This document shows, piece by piece, positions 59,174 through 60,303 of a stretch of DNA of 60,303 nt. The DNA lies in NCBI GenBank assembly GCA_001778785.1, contig MFIE01000019.1, forward strand, positions 1,072 through 61,374. The letters run 5' to 3'. The notes beneath the pieces were generated by a model. It did not search any database. It had not been told where the DNA came from and was given only the letters and a program-made list of their open reading frames with translations. The stretch comes from Candidatus Giovannonibacteria bacterium RIFCSPLOWO2_01_FULL_46_13. Lineage in GTDB: Bacteria > Patescibacteriota > Minisyncoccia > JACPKW01 > UBA11713. The stretch's first letter is position 1. Each line of letters begins with the position of its first letter. The translations under genes and the position numbers were made by a program.

Positions 59174-60303
59174 CTAGAGAATGCCGACGAGGAGGAGGGC
59201 GACGATGTTTACGATTTTAATCATAGGGTTTATCGCCGGGCCCGCTGTGTCTTTGTACGGGTCGCCAACGGTGTCGCCGGTTACTGCGGCTTGGTGCGCG
59301 GGAGATTTCTTCCCGCCAAAATTTCCTTCCTCAATATATTTCTTGGCGTTATCCCAGGCCGCTCCTCCCGAAGTCATGGCGAGAGCTTGGAAAAGTCCGG
59401 TTATGATCACTCCGATCAAAAGTCCTCCCAAGGCTTCTACTCCGAAGATGAAAGCGACGAGTATGGTTATTGCGATCGGAAGGATCGCCGGCAAAATCAT
59501 TTCCCGGAGCGCGGCTTTGGTTACGATATCAACCGCGCGGGCGTAGTCCGGCTTGTCGATCCCTTCCATTATTTTTTTCTCGCGGAATTGCCTGCGGACT
59601 TCTTCAACGATGGAGCCCGCGGCTTTGCCGACGGCGAGCATGGAGAGGGAAGCGAAGATGTACGGAAGGATGCCGCCGATAAATAATCCGAGAAGGACGG
59701 AAGGGTCCTGGAGTTCGAAGGTTGCCGGTTTGCCAAGCCTTTCTAATTCGGAGACGAACGCGCCGAAGAGTACGAGTGCGGCGAGTCCGGCCGAACCGAT
59801 CGCGTATCCTTTGGTGACGGCTTTGGTCGTGTTGCCGACGGCGTCCAGGGCATCGGTAACTTCGCGGACGTTTTCCGGAAGCCCGGCCATCTCGGCGATC
59901 CCCCCGGCGTTATCCGTTATCGGTCCGAACGAATCTATCGCGACAATTATTCCCGCCAAAGAAAGCATGGACGTTGCGGCGATGGCGATCCCGTACAGGC
60001 CCGCGAAATAAAAGGCGAGGTAACTTCCCATGGCGATCGTGAAAATCGGGAGCGCGACCGCTTCCATGGAAACGGCGAGGCCCATGATTATATTTGTCCC
60101 GTGGCCAGAGGTGGAAGCGGCCGCAATATTTTTAACCGGGCGGAATCTTTTTGAAGTGTAGTATTCGGTGAAGATGACCATGAAGATCGTGACGATGATC
60201 CCGATCAATGCCGCGATGTACAGGTTAACGGGATCTCCGGGAATGGTTTGGATTTCATTTCCGAGAAGGTCGGCCGAGACGCCCATGGGGTGGACGAATA
60301 TTT
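59174..60303 (-). CDS. hppA: Membrane-bound H+-translocating pyrophosphatase, N-terminus beyond the window end
   Basis: [19 protein letters not shown] and [22 protein letters not shown] signatures. The reading frame stays open to the window edge. Lys in GNTTKA is the signature reported for K+-independent enzymes. Confidence 0.9.
   Translation of the reverse strand, partial: IFVHPMGVSADLLGNEIQTIPGDPVNLYIAALIGIIVTIFMVIFTEYYTSKRFRPVKNIAAASTSGHGTNIIMGLAVSMEAVALPIFTIAMGSYLAFYFAGLYGIAIAATSMLSLAGIIVAIDSFGPITDNAGGIAEMAGLPENVREVTDALDAVGNTTKAVTKGYAIGSAGLAALVLFGAFVSELERLGKPATFELQDPSVLLGLFIGGILPYIFASLSMLAVGKAAGSIVEEVRRQFREKKIMEGIDKPDYARAVDIVTKAALREMILPAILPIAITILVAFIFGVEALGGLLIGVIITGLFQALAMTSGGAAWDNAKKYIEEGNFGGKKSPAHQAAVTGDTVGDPYKDTAGPAINPMIKIVNIVALLLVGIL

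Noticed and set aside
1-60303. Checked for CRISPR arrays, rRNA genes, IS/transposase genes and tandem type III TA-style repeats
   Set aside because: None were found. The only repeats are the dispersed 115-nt, 75-nt and 18-nt units reported above.

Overview
This window reads as a chromosomal segment from a small-genome, Patescibacteria/CPR-like bacterium. That placement is an inference from gene content, from T4SS-pilin-type genes, and from host genes that mostly lack Shine-Dalgarno sequences. It spans the replication-origin neighbourhood (dnaN-dnaA divergent from rpmH-rnpA-yidD-yidC-jag). A roughly 10 kb minus-strand type IV secretion/conjugation-like cluster follows (pilin, VirB4, VirB3-like, VirB6-like, surface proteins). 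The rest is housekeeping genes (tyrS, PBP1A, rsmA, uvrD/pcrA, pnp, rpsO, xerC/D, cca, rny, hup, gpmI, clpP, H+-PPase), five tRNAs, an ECF sigma module, and three to four toxin-antitoxin pairs. No rRNA, CRISPR array or transposase was seen. The most unusual content is a roughly 5 kb island between clpP and the H+-PPase gene (about 54.1-59.1 kb). It is made of short ORFan genes that all carry strong GGAGG ribosome-binding sites. It is driven by two tandem consensus sigma70 promoters and is packed with structured non-coding RNA. That RNA includes a candidate type III hammerhead ribozyme with a non-canonical extra hairpin (56448-56517), a duplicated 115-nt leader, a duplicated 75-nt hairpin module, a recurring GTTCTTTGAA motif, and a 215-nt run of eight hairpins. 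Secondary items: an ORFan three-gene membrane operon between xerC/D and a second pilin gene plus tRNA-Arg; a dlt-like MBOAT/SGNH/adenylating-enzyme trio with no carrier protein; and two in-frame GC palindromes inside uvrD. All functional calls come from reading motifs in the supplied translations. No database search was run.
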